Assembly: GCA_000708835.1 (NCBI GenBank) | Contig: DF237211.1 | Coordinates: forward strand, 50,697-114,696 | DNA length: 64,000 bases | Source: Klebsormidium nitens | Taxonomy: Eukaryota > Plantae > Klebsormidiophyceae | Direction of reading: 5' to 3' | Shown here: positions 60,901 through 64,000 of the stretch, piece after piece | Numbering within the stretch: position 1 is the first letter of the stretch | Layout: each line of letters begins with the position of its first letter | Program-made: the position numbers and the translations under genes | Notes under the pieces: model-generated | Database searches by the model: none | What the model saw: the letters and a program-made list of their open reading frames with translations, nothing else | What the model was told of the DNA's origin: nothing

Positions 60901-62073
60901 GCCTCAAGGACCTGCTCAAGAAGGAGGGCCTCTCCGGCCACCCTTCGGATCAAGGTACGCCCTGTTGCAACCCGAGCTGAAGGGTCGAGGAAGCAGCCCG
61001 ATTCGATGCGCAGATTGCAGTTGCTCACCTGTTTCATTCTCGTATCTCCTATTACCTTTGGTGTCAAACAGAAACGGTGAGGAGCGAAGATGGAAACTGG
61101 AAAGCAATTCAAGGCTGGAAAGCAATTCTTCAACGAGGCGAAAAGAGGTTCGTGCTTAGCCGTCTGCGGGGCAAGGTGCAAGACGTCGTAGCTGTGTCTG
61201 GCGGCATGTGCTGCGGTCGGACTTAGCCGACACCCCGGCGAGTCGACCAATCCGTCTCAGAAAATCAAACCGAATATATGCTGCTCTTCGAGGTTCAGAA
61301 TTAAGTCTTTCCTATCGAGGTTTCCGGTGGCGCTGATTATGTCGGTCGAGGTAGTCAGAGACTTTCCCTAAAACGGAAAGCAGTGCTTCTTTTGACGTGG
61401 CTTTTGGCTCCGTGTCTCAGAGATCAAGCGCGTACGCAAGCGGCTCCAGACGCAGAAGGAGCTGGAAGGCATCGACACCGAGAACATCATCGAGGAGGGC
61501 GGCCGCGGCAGCCGACGGGCGGCCCGCGAGGCGGCCGCGAAGGTGCCCCGCTACACGGAAGCGTCGGAGAGCGACGAGAACGACGAAGGGGACGAGGGGG
61601 AAGAGGAGGACGAAGATGAATCGGGGGGGGAGGACGAAGAAGATGGTAAGAGGCCCGTTGTCATTTGATCAAGGGTTTCGACTTAAGAGAAGCGGTTCTT
61701 GTAGGGAAAAGGGGAGAGGTCCTGAGTTCGGTGTCAGGCAGTTCGTTACTCCTTGCGTCTGCACTGGAGGGGCCTTTCTTTGAACTGGTTATAGTGAGGT
61801 GTTGTAGGCTCTGGGGACCTGCGGCGTTTTGGGACGTGGTTTGCTTATCGTGCATTTGAAGTCAAAGCGTCAAGCCCGTTGTCGAATAGCCTTTACTGGA
61901 CGCCTGGCATGTACCGAGCAGCGTTTCTGAGCACTTGGTAGTGCGGGAACTCGACGAAGTTTGTCGAACGTTGCAGCGATAACAGTCCGCTCGTGCAGCT
62001 CTTGTTTACGGTTGCCGCTTCTGGCACACCCTGATAAAGCCTCGTGGTCTATTTTGCAGAGGACGAGGATTGA
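57920..62073 (+). CDS. HIRIP3: HIRIP3-like acidic histone chaperone (N-terminal DEK-C-like helix bundle, C-terminal CHZ-type motif)
   Basis: MAATEQEIDDAIRKRA..|TITMRIVRRLLEEDLGLPAGSLESRKKYISAAVDR. Long Glu/Asp/Lys-rich centre. RVVELKSILKQCGIT|IPPAVYKK..LKDLLKKEGLSGHPS..|EIKRVRKRLQTQKELEGIDTENIIEEGGR. Acidic tail ends TGA at 62071-62073. Confidence 0.8.
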
Positions 62074-63469
62074 GCAGACGCTGAGTGATCAACTGTGGGG
62101 CCACCCGCTCGAGGAATCTGTCAGCTAGGGTTCAGAAACGGAAGCACTAACCACTTCAAGCAGACGTGGAGATTGAGTCATATGGTGCTTCTTTCCATAC
62201 CATTCGGTTCAAATTGGAGGTCAATCTGCAGATTGGGTGACTGGTCACCTTAGAGATTAACCTTAGAACCTCCGCAATTGGAGGCAGAGGTTACGTGTAG
62301 CCTAGTAGGTGGAAAGTGTTCTGGCGACTTCCATGCAAAGGTCCCACAGCGGCGGTCGACCTTGTTAGTTTCGTAATTCGGTACACACGACGACTTGATG
62401 TCAATTCAAGAAGTATAAAGATGTTATGAACCATGTTATGAACCATCAATGAGGTTGATCGACAAGATCTATGAGCAAGAAAATTGTTTGCGGGTGTCAT
62501 TCTGATGCCCGGCAATCCCGCCTCCATTTAGTGTGTGCCTGCTTTCGCAATTTTTCTTCGACATGTTACATTTGTGCAGCTGAACACTTCTGCAATTCGC
62601 AGACTTGCAAACCTGTGGGTCGGAGGCCCGTAGCCATCAGGAGAGTTTGAGATGTACTGTTTTGAAGAGTTTGGACCGGTCGAAACTCCGCTAAAGTTTA
62701 CCGACCGTCCGCGTACTTTCGGGGAGTTGCCACCGACGTCAGCAGCATGACGTCACTTTAAATAAGGTGAGAATATCAGTGATTTCTAGTGGTAAAAAAA
62801 ATCAATAATTAAAAAAAAATGCAAAGTGAGAGTCTCTACTACGTACTTACCGCCCCACCGCCGCGTTTCAAGGAGCCTGTTTGTATTTCAGAACTTGCGT
62901 GTGGCCTTCCGACACTCTTCCCATGCACAAATAGTGACGGCTCACTCTCATTGTATTACAAATGATACCACATGTTCCTTGGTCGACTCGGATAGGCTGT
63001 TGTGTTGGCTTATCTGGACCGCATCATACTTATGCTCGCTATAGCTCTGAAGCATCTTATTGTGACTTCTCCCCCTCTATCATGATTACATTCTACTTTC
63101 TATTCACACGAAACGAAAGAGTACGAATCATTCCAATCCCCTTTCGCCTAATGCCCTTCTCATCCACTATTTAGAGCGCGCACTCTCTCACTGCATTCTC
63201 ATTGTGCTTACGTGATCCTTCATGTTTCTCAAAATACTCCTTCAAAGACAGAGGTCAATATCTATCTATCTATTTGTCTTTCATTACCTTCGTTCCGATT
63301 TAGGGGCGCCATGGCAGGCCGCTTCGAGACAGGAGCGATACAAATTAGATTTTGCGCCCGATTTACCGTCAAACCTTTCTGACATCGATCCGCTTATACT
63401 CAATTGTCCATTCTCGAACAAACTTTGATCACACATCGCAACCAAGTCACTTTGGCTGTCATATCGCGC

Positions 63470-64000
63470 AACCCTTCATTGAAGACCTGTATGCATCCTC
63501 TCCCAAGTTATGGGTCACCCACTCTCTCCTTCGTTCCGCCTTGCGCTTCGAACAACACTCTAATAATTCGATTTTATTCAATTGTCTGATTAGGAACAAC
63601 GTTTGACGGCACGCCGCAGTCACGTCACTCGGGCCGCCATGTCGCACGACCCCTCTTAGAGACCTGTATGCATCCTCTCCCAGGGTATGGCAGTATGGGT
63701 CACCCACTCTCTCCTTCGTTCCGCCTTGCGCTTCGAACAACACTCTAATAATTCGATTCTATTCAACCGCACCGCGCCTTGAACAACCTTGATAACAAAT
63801 CGGTTTTATTTAATTGTTTGAGTTTGAGCAAAATTTGACGGCACGTCGCAGCCACGTCACTAGTGCTCCTATGTCTCGAAACCCCTCTTTAGAGACCTCT
63901 GTGCATCCTCTCCCAACTTACGGGTCACCCACTCTCTCCTTCGTACCTCACCGCGCCTCTCACAACTTTGATAACAAAACGTTTTTTTTTTTTTTTCCTT
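63470..64000. repeat. Patchwork tandem repeat (~180-230 bp modules, 3 copies visible, may continue beyond the window)
   Basis: gacct.t.tgcatcctctccca...ggtcacccactctctccttcgt at ~63483, ~63661 and ~63893. ttgacggcacg.cgcag.cacgtcact at ~63603 and ~63836. accgcgcc..acaac.ttgataacaaa appears twice. Confidence 0.85.

Overview
Eukaryotic, intron-rich genomic DNA, most likely from a streptophyte green alga of the Klebsormidium type. This is inferred from co-occurrence of plant-type IRX14, PHR, LRB and FNRL genes with a centriolar SFI1-like gene and a cyanobacterial-type radical SAM gene. I hand-assembled 11 spliced protein-coding genes: SFI1-like (5'-partial), FNRL/pKIWI502 plastid oxidoreductase, PHR-type MYB-CC factor, LRB/POB1-like BTB protein, a secreted NPPP-repeat glycoprotein spanning an assembly gap, an atypical ARF GTPase fused to two copies of an uncharacterised His/Trp domain, SEC22, Elongin-B-like protein, a ~21-exon TIGR03960/DUF2344 radical SAM protein with a probable plastid transit peptide, GT43 IRX14-like xylosyltransferase and HIRIP3-like histone chaperone. 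Three observations stand out. (i) The ARF fusion has substitutions in three canonical GTPase motifs. (ii) Introns repeatedly contain tandem copies of the neighbouring splice junction, and in one cluster three copies differ from the real exon almost only at synonymous sites. (iii) A cyanobacterial radical SAM/DUF2344 enzyme appears to be plastid-targeted. No rRNA, tRNA or CRISPR array was recognised. Gene models and family calls come from manual translation and remembered family motifs, not database searches.
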